DNA of 64,000 bases, taken from a bacterium. GTDB lineage: Bacteria > Margulisbacteria > Marinamargulisbacteria > GCA-2716485 > JAYNIM01. Positions within the stretch are counted from its first letter, which is position 1. Each line of letters opens with the position of its first letter. This document shows positions 30,301-39,770 of the stretch, piece after piece. The position numbers and the translations under genes were made by a program. Where the stretch lies: assembly GCA_038109055.1 (NCBI GenBank), contig JAYNIM010000001.1, positions 580,981 through 644,980 of the forward strand, written 5' to 3'. The notes below the pieces were generated by a model. That model saw nothing but the letters and a program-made list of their open reading frames with translations. It was not told the DNA's origin and did not search any database.

Positions 30301-31775
30301 TGTGATGGCAATAAAAAGAATGATTCAAATAAACTTGCCAACAACATTAAAAAAATAACAATGGGAATATAAATAATAAAACTGCTAAAACGTCCTGAAA
30401 AAAAGAATAATGGTAAAAAAGCTGCGCAGGTCGTTAGTATACTTGCTAACACAGGGGGTAAAACTTCGACGGTCCCATCAACAGCCGCTTTTGTTAAAGG
30501 GATACCCGCATTGATTTTTCGCGAAATATTTTCTGCTACAATAATGGCATCATCTACCACAATTCCAAGAACAATAATAATAGCTGCCAATGTAATACCA
30601 TTGATACTATAGCCCAATAATGCACTGCAAATTAGCGTAAAACAAAGTGTAAATGGTAACCCAAGCGCCACCCAAAACGCCGATCGTTTATTCAAAAAAA
30701 TCAGCAACGTCAGCACAATTAAACAAAAGCCCAACAATCCATTGTTTTTCAACAGCTTCAAGCGGTTGCGAACATCTTGTGACTCGTCATCTAGCAACAC
30801 CAACTTAAACCCGCTATCTTTTAAGATTGTTCGTTGATAATCACTCGTAATGCGTGTTACCTTTTCCAATGCCTCCAAAATACCCACACTACTATTTTTT
30901 ACAACGTTTAATATTATAGCCTCTCGTCCATCAACTTTATAAATTGAGGTCTGATCAGCAAAGGCATCTGTCACGCGTGCCACATCGCCTAAGCGAATGG
31001 CAGGTGTATCAAAACTACCATGGATCACCAGATCAGATAATACCTGCTTTGTATCAAGTGATGATTCAATTGTCACTTGTTCTCGAAAAGAGGTCGACAA
31101 ACTACCTACTGGTACACGATTGTGATTTTTTCTAATTTCTTGAGCAACTTTAGTAATCGGAAGTTCGAAGGTCACAATTTTTTGAGGGTCTAACGTAATA
31201 TTGATATCTTCTTTTAGGTAGCCTCGCCGATTAACGGTATAAATTTCGGGTTGTGAGACTAGCGTACTTTCTAGTCCGCGTGCAATATTTTGTAACGCTA
31301 AACGTCCTTTCTGGTCGAGTAATGGGGTTTGTCGATGATATAACGCAATATCGATAATCGCTTTTTTAGATGTCTCAAACACACGAACTTGAGGATCTTT
31401 ATCCACATCATCTGGTAACTGTACAGAACGCGTCAACGTTGTAATATCTGTCACAGCCTGATCAATGTTGTCCACTGTCCGATCTAGCTCAACCGCAATT
31501 GAACTTCGTCCAGGGCTGGATGTGCTGGTGAGTTTTTGAATACCATCAAAGGATTGCAGGGCTTCTTCTAGAGGTTTTGTAATATAATACTCAACATCCG
31601 CTGCAGATGCCCCAGCATACTGGGTTGATATTCTTACAACGTTAAATGTAATATCCGGTAATTCTTCTTTATTTGTTGATTGCCAAGCAACAACCCCACC
31701 TAAAAACACTAACAGTGTTAAAAGGTTCACCAATAAATGTTTTTGACAAAAAAATCGAACTACGGAAGTTAGCAT
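27306..31775 (-). CDS. RND (AcrB/CusA-type) permease fused to C-terminal TolC-family outer-membrane factor
   Basis: GASAADVEYYITKPLEE, LGIVVDDAIIVAENI, GVVVNDAI, RLRAVVLTTLTT in first ~1020 aa; last ~440 aa with OEP-like repeats (FSQDIARNAFG, YSYGNVTLNDYIDA). Confidence 0.88.
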   Translation of the reverse strand: MLTSVVRFFCQKHLLVNLLTLLVFLGGVVAWQSTNKEELPDITFNVVRISTQYAGASAADVEYYITKPLEEALQSFDGIQKLTSTSSPGRSSIAVELDRTVDNIDQAVTDITTLTRSVQLPDDVDKDPQVRVFETSKKAIIDIALYHRQTPLLDQKGRLALQNIARGLESTLVSQPEIYTVNRRGYLKEDINITLDPQKIVTFELPITKVAQEIRKNHNRVPVGSLSTSFREQVTIESSLDTKQVLSDLVIHGSFDTPAIRLGDVARVTDAFADQTSIYKVDGREAIILNVVKNSSVGILEALEKVTRITSDYQRTILKDSGFKLVLLDDESQDVRNRLKLLKNNGLLGFCLIVLTLLIFLNKRSAFWVALGLPFTLCFTLICSALLGYSINGITLAAIIIVLGIVVDDAIIVAENISRKINAGIPLTKAAVDGTVEVLPPVLASILTTCAAFLPLFFFSGRFSSFIIYIPIVIFLMLLASLFESFFLLPSHMTLFQNKHAPSTAKKWFEACENVYEKALRFLLRYRILIVICFVGLMGLSVLLVKSEFKFVLFTQDESREVVISGVVKSASVAKQTALAIQPLEDYLVEMFKDEKVGVRTIIGLGRRGSADRENVFRTTLELVPSDQRQKSANQIIQEIKAFTTTIPELEKISFRKRRYGQEAGSTFEIVIQENNDERRDKIQKELMKLLEDHPLMTNVEEDRILTKKGYTLNYKQEMLKKLSIDPASISETLRVGLNGKKMYSIFRNDEEVDVLLTVEPDYKQSVKKLLTIPISNVQKYLIPLGDLVSINQTTNKQSIRRENMKRTSYIYADPIKGSPKSPLEIAEECERTLFPAIIARYPTAQISFDGEIFDTRQSRKEFLWGVSGAVILIYVILALLFNSLLKPFRVMLIIPFGVIGVIGAFYLHNKTMFGFYAAIGTLGMLGVVVNDAILMLNKLDLLKKSNILDNAYTASIAKTRLRAVVLTTLTTVAGVIPTAYGIGGEDAMLADMMLALAWGLILGTLVTLILTPCVFMFEQDLRKIIKKLIPGRSLLMMGMIIFLGTSINLRAETYPLTFTDFIEKSIAYDKEFKSLLKEQLKLTYFKDAHAEAEEQFVSVVGGLYLQKGDSGIMTDISFNYEKPRLGQSVKATLSVDTLDQKRRSTGLTFSQDIARNAFGKSVQLQDNLLDIKTQLMHYQIVEAYEDYVAGLMTMYFDWMRDVERHRMAQSSLQENQKVLESVLKRQVKKIANETDVSKVKLQLLAKEEQVLMSQLKRDQRQAMLKQAMGVTHSMELIPSGSINQFDDYRHLASIFQDLSHSRSFKTLDLLRSQTDTDVSYLKRNLMPSLTWSTIFLHQQQSNSYENTAISQVSLGLPLKNINAESLHKQALVEKDNVDIETAATQESLQIQIRNIVAALESQTKRINIAKQKRVLAAYIFKEESKNYSYGNVTLNDYIDAVNRFDSIRLEELDHIMTRQQLCIELKRLTDTLVKSKGTERKMQIDIKE

Positions 31776-32476
31776 GGCACACTCTTTGGGGGAATATCGA
31801 GTATTATTACTTCGGTCTGACTGTTCATTACCATATCAATGGTGCTTTCATTTTCGAGCATGATGCTATCGCCTGTCGTTGCGTTTTGTCCATCTATTTT
31901 TACTGATCCTTTGACAATAAGAATATAACCCAAGTAATTCAGTGGATGCGTTACACGGGTATTTGTTTCAAATTTGGCCACATAAATATGAACATCTTGA
32001 TAAATGTGAAGAGGCGACGTACCATCTCCTGATATAAGGCATTGCATTCCCTCGGTTGGTATTAAACTCTTGACGTCTAAACTATTCCAAGAGGGCGTAA
32101 CATGTTGTGTGTGCGGTTCGATCCAAATTTGATACAAGGTGGTGTTGACAGTTTCATGGTTAAATTCTGAATGATAAATACCAGACCCTGCGCTCATAAC
32201 TTGAATATTTCCCGCTTCAGTCCGACCTTTATTTCCCTGTGAATCGTGATGTGTGATGGCGCCTTCTTTAACATAGGTAATAATTTCCATATTACGATGG
32301 GGATGTAAATCAAAGCCTTTTCCAGGATGAATACAATCATCATTCACCACACGTAATACCCCAAATCCTTTTCGATCGGGGTTATAATAATCAGCAAAAC
32401 TAAAATGATAACACGCTTGTAGCCATCCATAATCAGCACGACCAAACTCGTCTTTTTTCGTAATCGTAATACTCAT
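31769..32476 (-). CDS. Pirin family protein (YhhW-like)
   Basis: HFSFADYY, LRVVNDD, HPHRNMEIIT, MSAGSGIYHSE, QIWI. Confidence 0.95.
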   Translation of the reverse strand: MSITITKKDEFGRADYGWLQACYHFSFADYYNPDRKGFGVLRVVNDDCIHPGKGFDLHPHRNMEIITYVKEGAITHHDSQGNKGRTEAGNIQVMSAGSGIYHSEFNHETVNTTLYQIWIEPHTQHVTPSWNSLDVKSLIPTEGMQCLISGDGTSPLHIYQDVHIYVAKFETNTRVTHPLNYLGYILIVKGSVKIDGQNATTGDSIMLENESTIDMVMNSQTEVIILDIPPKSVPC

Positions 32477-33423
32477 TTTACAGAAGAAATTAGATCTCGA
32501 TTATGCGGTTCATCTAAATCAAGTTGTGGTCCATCTGGAATAATTTGGGTGGGATTAATCATCGGATGACTGACATAATAATGTGTTTTAATATCATCAA
32601 AATGAATGGTTTCCTTAATACCGGGCATGGCATATAGTTCTTTTAGATAGTGGCTCAGATGAGGGTAATCGTGTATGCGTTTCAAATTACACTTAAAATG
32701 TCCAACATACACGCTATCAAAGCGAATGAGTGTCGTAAATAATCGCCAATCCGCTTCAGTAAGGGTACTCCCACATAAATATCTGCTTTTTGACAATATC
32801 GTTTCGATTTTCTGTAATGCCTCAAATAAATAGTGTAATTCCTGAGAATAAACAGCTTGATCCGTTGAAAAACCTACTTTATATACCCCATTATTGATAC
32901 GGTGATATACCAGCTCATTCATCGCGTCTATTTGAGATTGCAACTGAGCAGGATAATAATCCGTCGTATGCCCCGTGATTTTATTAAAGCACGAATTAAA
33001 CATGCGTATGATGTCTGAAGACTCATTATTGACGATACGCTGTTGTTTTAAGTCCCACAACACCGGTACGGTTACACGCCCTTCATAGTCAGGAGCCGTT
33101 CTTAGATATAATTGATAAAGATAGTTAACGTCCGAAAAATGGGTGTCTGGATGTGTCATTTCCCATCCATGTTCTAGCATTACTGGCTTTACAACACTGA
33201 TACTAATAATGTTTGTTAACGCCTTTAGTTTCCTAAAAATGGTTGTTCTGTGCGCCCAAGGGCAGGCATGTGAGACAATCAGATGATATCGATCAGCCTC
33301 CACTGGGAAAGCCTCTGATCCGATCCACTGTCGAAACTGGGATGCTTGACGCTTAAAGTGCCCATTGTCTTTTTTGGTATCATACCACTTATCATGCCAT
33401 TTCCCTTTAACTAAGAAACCCAT
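32473..33423 (-). CDS. yqjG: Glutathionyl-hydroquinone reductase (GST Xi class)
   Basis: RYHL..SHACPWAHR, RVTVPVLWD, NNESSDI, INNGVYKVGF, YVGHFKCN. Confidence 0.93.
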   Translation of the reverse strand: MGFLVKGKWHDKWYDTKKDNGHFKRQASQFRQWIGSEAFPVEADRYHLIVSHACPWAHRTTIFRKLKALTNIISISVVKPVMLEHGWEMTHPDTHFSDVNYLYQLYLRTAPDYEGRVTVPVLWDLKQQRIVNNESSDIIRMFNSCFNKITGHTTDYYPAQLQSQIDAMNELVYHRINNGVYKVGFSTDQAVYSQELHYLFEALQKIETILSKSRYLCGSTLTEADWRLFTTLIRFDSVYVGHFKCNLKRIHDYPHLSHYLKELYAMPGIKETIHFDDIKTHYYVSHPMINPTQIIPDGPQLDLDEPHNRDLISSVK

Positions 33424-33428
33424 TATTG

Positions 33429-33830
33429 TTAATCTTCCTCAAATGGCGCTACTTTAAACCTCAAAACTGATAGATACGAATTCTTGTAACTTATAACCAA
33501 TAACAGATGTAAGCCATGTAAAAAAATCATCAGGGGTAACCCTGCCGGATTTAAGAACAAATGAATACTGGTAATACCAATCAATAATGGGGCTATTAAG
33601 GCTAATGCTAATGGCACAAAGCAGTTACTTACAAGTAAAAGACCCACGATGATTTCAATGAGTTTGATCATCGGAAAAAAATAACCTGTTTTGGCAAATG
33701 CTCCCAACAATGCCCCTGCTTCTGGTGATACCGGTGGTAATGGCATAAAGCCAAAAAAACCATTAAGTCCGAATATCAAAAATGTACTCCCAAATAGATA
33801 ACGGCTCCCTTTTTGAATCATTGCTTTCAT
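33429..33830 (-). CDS. DoxX family membrane protein
   Basis: FGLNGFFGFMP, TGYFFP..K..EI, FVPLAL. Confidence 0.85.
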   Translation of the reverse strand: MKAMIQKGSRYLFGSTFLIFGLNGFFGFMPLPPVSPEAGALLGAFAKTGYFFPMIKLIEIIVGLLLVSNCFVPLALALIAPLLIGITSIHLFLNPAGLPLMIFLHGLHLLLVISYKNSYLSVLRFKVAPFEED

Positions 33831-33925
33831 ATAAACTCCTTTTATTATTTTTTTATAAAACAGTTATAAGCTTATATTCTTATATATTTATTAACAATAT
33901 ACGATTATGTTACTATATTAAGTCT

Positions 33926-34039
33926 AAAGAGTTGGGCGCGCGTTTATTTCATCGTACAACACGGGTTGTGACTCATACAGAAGAAGGATCTTTATTTGCC
34001 AGTCAAACCCAGAGTTTACATATACCGATAGTCACATAG
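33926..34039 (+). pseudogene. LysR-family regulator remnant (HTH wing segment only)
   Basis: KELGARLFHRTTRVVTHTEEG matches LysR LE.ELG..LF.RTTR.V.LT..G; no upstream HTH start, stop at 34039. Confidence 0.75.
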
Positions 34040-34143
34040 CGACTAAAAACCTTGTTCGAACATCTCGTATTACATGATTATGCGATCCATCTGAATCCTT
34101 GATCTTGTTATAGAGATTATTAACTGAGATCTGTTTCATCCCC

Positions 34144-34713
34144 TTATTTAAGTTCAAACAAAACTTCATTTCGTCGCAAAAATCCCGGAACGAAAGGAGC
34201 GTTATAAAAGGCATATACTGCCTGATCGTTAAATGAGTAGTTTTGTTGGCTTAAATAGGCTTTTAGTTCGGCTGCTTTTTTATCTAACAGTTGTTGATTG
34301 GCTCGTCCTGAAAATCGAATTGCGGCCATCCTGACGTCTGGAACTGTTATAATTTCGATCTGGGTATTGTCAGCCGCTGGTGTGTTGGTGGCGGTCATAG
34401 CTTTGGGCATAAAAAAACAGATCCGCCACGATCCATCTTCTTGCTGTACCTGCGCGACCGGTGTTGTCATGGCAATTTTAGTCGCTGTTTCATTACCACC
34501 ACTGATATAACGAAATAACTGTCGAAACGCGTGTGTTGCGGCATCTTTACGGGTTCCAGAAACACGTACTTCTGCTTTTGTGATTGTTTCATAGTTTCTT
34601 ATTTCAATAGCCCCATCTTTTTTAAGGACCTGATGGGGTCGTTCTTCGGCTGCCATAGTCACATTAGAAAAGCACAGTAATCCACACAGTACAATCCCAC
34701 ACCACTTTTTCAT
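34144..34713 (-). CDS. SOUL heme-binding protein, exported
   Basis: EIRNY, AFRQLFRYISGGN, KIAMTTPV, FFMP, YNAPFVPGFLRRNEV. Confidence 0.92.
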   Translation of the reverse strand: MKKWCGIVLCGLLCFSNVTMAAEERPHQVLKKDGAIEIRNYETITKAEVRVSGTRKDAATHAFRQLFRYISGGNETATKIAMTTPVAQVQQEDGSWRICFFMPKAMTATNTPAADNTQIEIITVPDVRMAAIRFSGRANQQLLDKKAAELKAYLSQQNYSFNDQAVYAFYNAPFVPGFLRRNEVLFELK

Positions 34714-34716
34714 ATA

Positions 34717-35475
34717 TTACTCCTTGTTTAATTCGTGTTCAATTGCATCCCAAAACGTTAAACGTGCCTCGATTCCAGCCACTGCTGCTTTATAAACGCA
34801 TTCTTCATCCGTCTTAGATTGACATAACTGATCAATAATATCCAATGCCAAAAATTGATGCCGTTCACCATCAAGCTCAATATGTCGATTTAAATACTCA
34901 TAAAAAGATGATAACACCGGTGATTGCTGTCGATCATGTTGTGAAATTTGTGCCAACATGTCAGACATTATCGTCTCACGTGCATAGGTGAATGAGGCGG
35001 CGGTTTGTAATACAGAAGACTGAATCATCGTCTGTGTATGCGCCAGATACTGTTGAACCGATTCTGGAAGATATGCTTGCTTAATTAAGCGATCGTATGG
35101 CACCCCATTTGTAAGATCTTTTAAGAATGCCGGAACATGCCACGGACAGTGTGTAGCTGTCTGAATAATCCCGACATAGTACATAAAATGGCTACTTACC
35201 GTTCCGTCAATCTCATCGCTTTCTTCCTCACATTTAATCTCATTTAGTAACTGAGCTGCTTTTACATCAGGGACTGGTTTCCAGGGAATCGTGGTACAGG
35301 TTAGCTGCTGTTGCAGATGCGTCAGTAAGTTCATAAAGTCCCATACCGAATAGACATGATAGCCCATAAATTTGATAATATTATCTTCGTTATTTAGTTG
35401 CTGATAGATTGAATGTGCATATAACCGGTCTCTATATGGTGTTAATCGTGACAATAAGTGTCTTGCGATAGCCAT
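34717..35475 (-). CDS. DUF3050 family protein (heme-oxygenase-like helical fold)
   Basis: FMGYHVYSVWDFMNL, PWKP, NEIKCEEESD, SHF..Y, YLNRHIELDG..H. Confidence 0.9.
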   Translation of the reverse strand: MAIARHLLSRLTPYRDRLYAHSIYQQLNNEDNIIKFMGYHVYSVWDFMNLLTHLQQQLTCTTIPWKPVPDVKAAQLLNEIKCEEESDEIDGTVSSHFMYYVGIIQTATHCPWHVPAFLKDLTNGVPYDRLIKQAYLPESVQQYLAHTQTMIQSSVLQTAASFTYARETIMSDMLAQISQHDRQQSPVLSSFYEYLNRHIELDGERHQFLALDIIDQLCQSKTDEECVYKAAVAGIEARLTFWDAIEHELNKE

Positions 35476-36542
35476 TATTTAGCTCCTTTTTGATATCGTT
35501 CATAGCCGACGAGTTCCATATAAGCATTTCCTGCATGTGTCCCTGTCACACGACAACTGCCTTCCCAATACGACATCGGCAAGGGGGTACTTACCGAAAG
35601 TTCTTGATTATTGATCGTTCGATCTACGATCAGATCTACCCCATATTTTGGAATCTTAATCTGCCATTTAAGTGGATAGGTAATCCCTGTCTTTTTACTT
35701 TTCCAATCATCTAGAATTGTAAATGAGATGTCCGACATTTTTAGCGAAACCGTTTCTCCGTTAGTAGCAACAAGTGTTCCGGCTCTAAAATCAGTTTCGG
35801 GTGTTTTACCTCTAACCTGAAAACACATCAATTCCATATTGTCATCACACTGAATCGCAAACCAATCCCAACCCTGTTGCGTGTCATTGACTGATTGATC
35901 AAAAATTTCACGATCCATCCACAGTGACACCTGATCTGACTGAATCTTTTTTTTAGCTGTAGCCAGTGATGCATTTCCTTTAAGACGGGTATATGAATAA
36001 TAATATGAAAACTGATCAGGATGGGGCCCTTTGAAACTTTTACCGTTTTTACCATGAAAGATTTTTGCTTTAGCTGGTACAAGATCAAGTTTAAGATGTC
36101 CAAAGGATGCTGGAATATCGATTATAAACCGCTCCCCTTTTTGGTACAGTCTCCAATCTTGAATCTGAAGATTCATCTGTCTTTTTTCTGCTATCAGTTT
36201 TGTTAGGCCCGGACGCCCCACTCTCTCATCGTGTGAGAATTCTTTTTTGTTTATATCCGTCCAGGCGGCGTGAGCCACGTATAACTGGTCACTATTAAAC
36301 AATGATCTATTTCCAGACACCGATTGAACTTTATAGCGAAAAAATGTTACTTGGACGCCATGTTTTTTTTGATCAGTATCTGTTATGTGCCCTGTCAGAT
36401 ACCACCACTCGACATTAAATGATGGGTGAATCCCGTGATTACGCGGAAATTGCCAGTGTCCTAATGGCCCATCAGCAAAGGTTATCACTGAGCAAAACAC
36501 TCCTAATACTACAAAGACCCATGCTTTATTCTTCATGATCAC
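35475..36542 (-). CDS. AttH/CrtC-like lipocalin-domain protein
   Basis: FPRNHGIH, EWWYLTG, SYYYSYTR, WMDRE, GWDWF, YWEG, YMELVGY. Confidence 0.9.
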   Translation of the reverse strand: MIMKNKAWVFVVLGVFCSVITFADGPLGHWQFPRNHGIHPSFNVEWWYLTGHITDTDQKKHGVQVTFFRYKVQSVSGNRSLFNSDQLYVAHAAWTDINKKEFSHDERVGRPGLTKLIAEKRQMNLQIQDWRLYQKGERFIIDIPASFGHLKLDLVPAKAKIFHGKNGKSFKGPHPDQFSYYYSYTRLKGNASLATAKKKIQSDQVSLWMDREIFDQSVNDTQQGWDWFAIQCDDNMELMCFQVRGKTPETDFRAGTLVATNGETVSLKMSDISFTILDDWKSKKTGITYPLKWQIKIPKYGVDLIVDRTINNQELSVSTPLPMSYWEGSCRVTGTHAGNAYMELVGYERYQKGAK

Positions 36543-38967
36543 CTGCCTGACTTTTTAAAAATGATTCGGGTAACCTTGCAACAGTCGACCGCGTTACATA
36601 TTCAGCGACCAATATATAGATTAAAACACCCATGCTCACCATGATCATCGGTATATCAATAAAAATACTCCATGAAAAGGTAGGACGTTGAATCCCATAG
36701 ACAATACAACAATATAATAATACCCCCATCATTAATGCCAATATCCCCGAAATACCCACGATGATTCGAGTTTGTGCTAATACAATAGCCGTTAACTGTG
36801 ATTTATTAGCACCTAATAACCACAGTTGTTGCAGCTCTTTTTGACGCTGTGAACATATCAGTGTCAGTAGATTAACGAGTGAAAATAAACATAATAATGA
36901 TGTTAGTCCAACAATAAACCACGTAAAGGCAAAGGTATCGTCAAACACACCCAATGACTGTTCTTTTAGATCGATATCTCGTTGTAAACTTAGATTGTGA
37001 CGATCACATAGTGTGTTTAAAAACGCTAATTTTGCACTCATATTCTGTTGATCTTGAAAGGTGATCGCAATGCCATGAAGAGGTAAGGCGTGATGAGACA
37101 CTACCCGTGAGGCGGGTACAAAAACAGTCGGGAATTCACTGACATAATCATAAGTAATGCCCCCTATTCGACAAGGCCCTGCTATCATACCTGGAAACGT
37201 CACCTCATCTCCTAGTGACTTTTTATGCTTCAGAGCAAAGGGTTCTGAGACAATAATATCACGGCTGGGATCTTGTTTGGGTAACGTCGCTTTAAAGGCA
37301 TATGCTCGATCTTGAAAAAACCCTGAAATGCCATTAATCGTCATGGGCTTCCCCCTCCATGTTTCTTTCTGTGACGAAATTGTTTGAATGATATCTCCTT
37401 TAAATCGTGCTTGGATTTGCTGGAACACCAGCGGATTAATCGGGATAGACTGACGCAAGGTGCTTAATCGATGTTGGATATAGATATCTTTTGATAATGT
37501 TCGATCTAACCACGTACTGACACTGGTTTTAAAACTATTCACATAGATAATCATGCTAAAAATGAGCCCCAATGCTAGTGCAATAACAAACACAATCACC
37601 CCTACTCCTTGCCAAGCCTTTTTAAAACTTTCCGCAGCCAATCTCATCCGCCACCACGTGTGAGGGGTTTTAGTTTGTATCAAAGAAGATAATACCCCCA
37701 TTAAACTGACCGCCAAGACACAACTACTCCCGATCATCAAAAATGTAGCAGCTATTCCTGTCCATTTGTTTATGATACTGACTAAGCAAATAAAACTAAG
37801 TCCTAATAGTAAAATCGACATAATAATGAAACGGATTGCCTGGGAATAGCGAAGTGGCGAATTGATGGTGATACAAGATAATAAAGATGCCATGACTGAC
37901 ACCCCAAAAGCTTTGATGATTAATAGGGGTGTTAATATAATCTGTTGTGCATCCATATAAAAATAAAAGGTTTGAATTAATTGATTAAAGATCCCTAGAC
38001 TATAGCTTGCAATCATCAGCGAAAAAGCCAAGCCCAGTATCGTACATATAATCGACAAAAATATTAGTTCTAGTATTCGAGCCCTGACCATCATAAAAGG
38101 AGTGGCACCCAGTAAGGTGAATGTTTTGTACAAATTGCGACGTTTGTAGTGAATAAAACTAAAACACTGCATGCACAAACTAATGCTCACGATTAGTGCA
38201 ATCAATGCCAAAAACTTCAAATTATAGGTCAAGGAATGGGTCCAATTAAGTTGTTTATTGGTGGTTTGTGCAGCTGATCTAATGTGAAGATTAGGATCAA
38301 TTTTGGCGAGTTGAGTTGACAATAAACGTCGATCCGTATCCTCACAGACAATCCCCATCTCTTTCACATATCCGACTGTATTGTAATACTGCTGGTAGAG
38401 GGCAATATCCATCAATGCAACTGGCATGCCTTTTGTTTTAATCGGGACCTGAATGACATCAACGTCTGTTTGGGCTAGTTGGCTGGTGTATGTCATTTTC
38501 TTGATCTCGCTTTCAAGGCTGTAGTTAAATAGTATAATCTGATGTCGTAATCCCTTGGCTGGTTCTGATGGTTGAACTTCGTCCCAATCGAGTGTAGAAA
38601 TATCTGGATGTTGTTCCAGTAAAAACCCAAGCCCCTTATCACTATTATAGGCGCGTACCTTTATTTGTTTGAACTGGTTGCTGGCTTTCCAAAGATCATC
38701 GCATGAGTCGCTTGGCTCCCACATATCTATTTCTGTGTTTTGAAGAATTTTTTGGATTATCGATTCTGAAATCCGTCCTTGATCATGCACAACATAATCG
38801 GTGATCTGAGGCATGGTTAGTGTGGATTGAGATGTATCTAAAAGGCTCACAAATAATTCAATGACTAAAAATAAGGTTAAACTAAAAATAAAGCCTAGTA
38901 ATGTGAGTAATGTTTTCCCCCAATAACGTTTGTAATCCCGCAATAATGCAAGAAGCAACAGGTTCAT
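36526..38967 (-). CDS. ABC transporter permease, double FtsX-type (AttF/G-like)
   Basis: 813 aa, two FtsX-like halves, LTYNLKFLAL, SFKTSVSTWL, FDDTFAFT. Confidence 0.85.
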   Translation of the reverse strand: MNLLLLALLRDYKRYWGKTLLTLLGFIFSLTLFLVIELFVSLLDTSQSTLTMPQITDYVVHDQGRISESIIQKILQNTEIDMWEPSDSCDDLWKASNQFKQIKVRAYNSDKGLGFLLEQHPDISTLDWDEVQPSEPAKGLRHQIILFNYSLESEIKKMTYTSQLAQTDVDVIQVPIKTKGMPVALMDIALYQQYYNTVGYVKEMGIVCEDTDRRLLSTQLAKIDPNLHIRSAAQTTNKQLNWTHSLTYNLKFLALIALIVSISLCMQCFSFIHYKRRNLYKTFTLLGATPFMMVRARILELIFLSIICTILGLAFSLMIASYSLGIFNQLIQTFYFYMDAQQIILTPLLIIKAFGVSVMASLLSCITINSPLRYSQAIRFIIMSILLLGLSFICLVSIINKWTGIAATFLMIGSSCVLAVSLMGVLSSLIQTKTPHTWWRMRLAAESFKKAWQGVGVIVFVIALALGLIFSMIIYVNSFKTSVSTWLDRTLSKDIYIQHRLSTLRQSIPINPLVFQQIQARFKGDIIQTISSQKETWRGKPMTINGISGFFQDRAYAFKATLPKQDPSRDIIVSEPFALKHKKSLGDEVTFPGMIAGPCRIGGITYDYVSEFPTVFVPASRVVSHHALPLHGIAITFQDQQNMSAKLAFLNTLCDRHNLSLQRDIDLKEQSLGVFDDTFAFTWFIVGLTSLLCLFSLVNLLTLICSQRQKELQQLWLLGANKSQLTAIVLAQTRIIVGISGILALMMGVLLYCCIVYGIQRPTFSWSIFIDIPMIMVSMGVLIYILVAEYVTRSTVARLPESFLKSQAGDHEE

Positions 38968-39617
38968 TTTAGGGATAATTGACCTGCCTGCAGGTCATAG
39001 ACCTGATCTGCAATCGAGAAAAAAGCAGCATCATGCGTGACAATTATCACTGTTTTATTAAATGAATGTGCCATTTTTTTAAGATGATTCATCACATCAT
39101 CACGATTTTTTTGATCAAGATTTCCCGTTGGCTCATCCGCTAACAACACAGATGGATCTGTGATGAGTGCACGACATAATGCTACGCGTTGACTTTCGCC
39201 CCCAGACAATGTTTCTGGCCACTCGTTTAACAGATGGCTAATTCCAAACATATCACTTAAAGATCTAACCGAATGAGGGCTCTTTTTACCCGATAATTGA
39301 ATTGGCAACTTTATGTTTTCATGCACAGTCAATGATGGGATCAAGTGAAAAAACTGATAGACAAAGCCAATCGTTTGAATACGAAACGTTGCGCGATTAT
39401 TGGCATCCAAATCGGTAATATTACGTGAATCATAGTATATCTTTCCCTTATCTGGTGTCTCAACGCCACATATACATTTTAATAAGGTACTTTTCCCGGA
39501 TCCGCTTCTGCCAACAATTACCGACACCTCACCCGGTAAAAACGTTGCTGATACAAGATGAAGGATACGTTCTCGAGACTTAAAGCTTTTGTGAATACCT
39601 TTAAGTTCGACTTTCAT
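38964..39617 (-). CDS. ABC transporter ATP-binding protein (LolD/AttE-like)
   Basis: GRSGSGKST, LSGGESQRVA, LADEPTGNLD, VTHD. Confidence 0.95.
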   Translation of the reverse strand: MKVELKGIHKSFKSRERILHLVSATFLPGEVSVIVGRSGSGKSTLLKCICGVETPDKGKIYYDSRNITDLDANNRATFRIQTIGFVYQFFHLIPSLTVHENIKLPIQLSGKKSPHSVRSLSDMFGISHLLNEWPETLSGGESQRVALCRALITDPSVLLADEPTGNLDQKNRDDVMNHLKKMAHSFNKTVIIVTHDAAFFSIADQVYDLQAGQLSLK

Positions 39618-39770
39618 GCTTTCATTTTAACAATTTAGCTTTAAATGATACATATCTTTGCCAGCATATCCTATATAAAATACACAAATTCATTTTAAAA
39701 AGGGTATCCTACATGATTACTCTCCCGATCAGAGATTCGTTTTTTAGACATTTAAGTTATACTGTAGGGT

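Noticed and set aside
33782..34214. 85-aa and 60-aa ORFs as intact genes
   Set aside because: First is non-coding-like sequence joined to the LysR remnant; second overlaps the SOUL gene end with no motif
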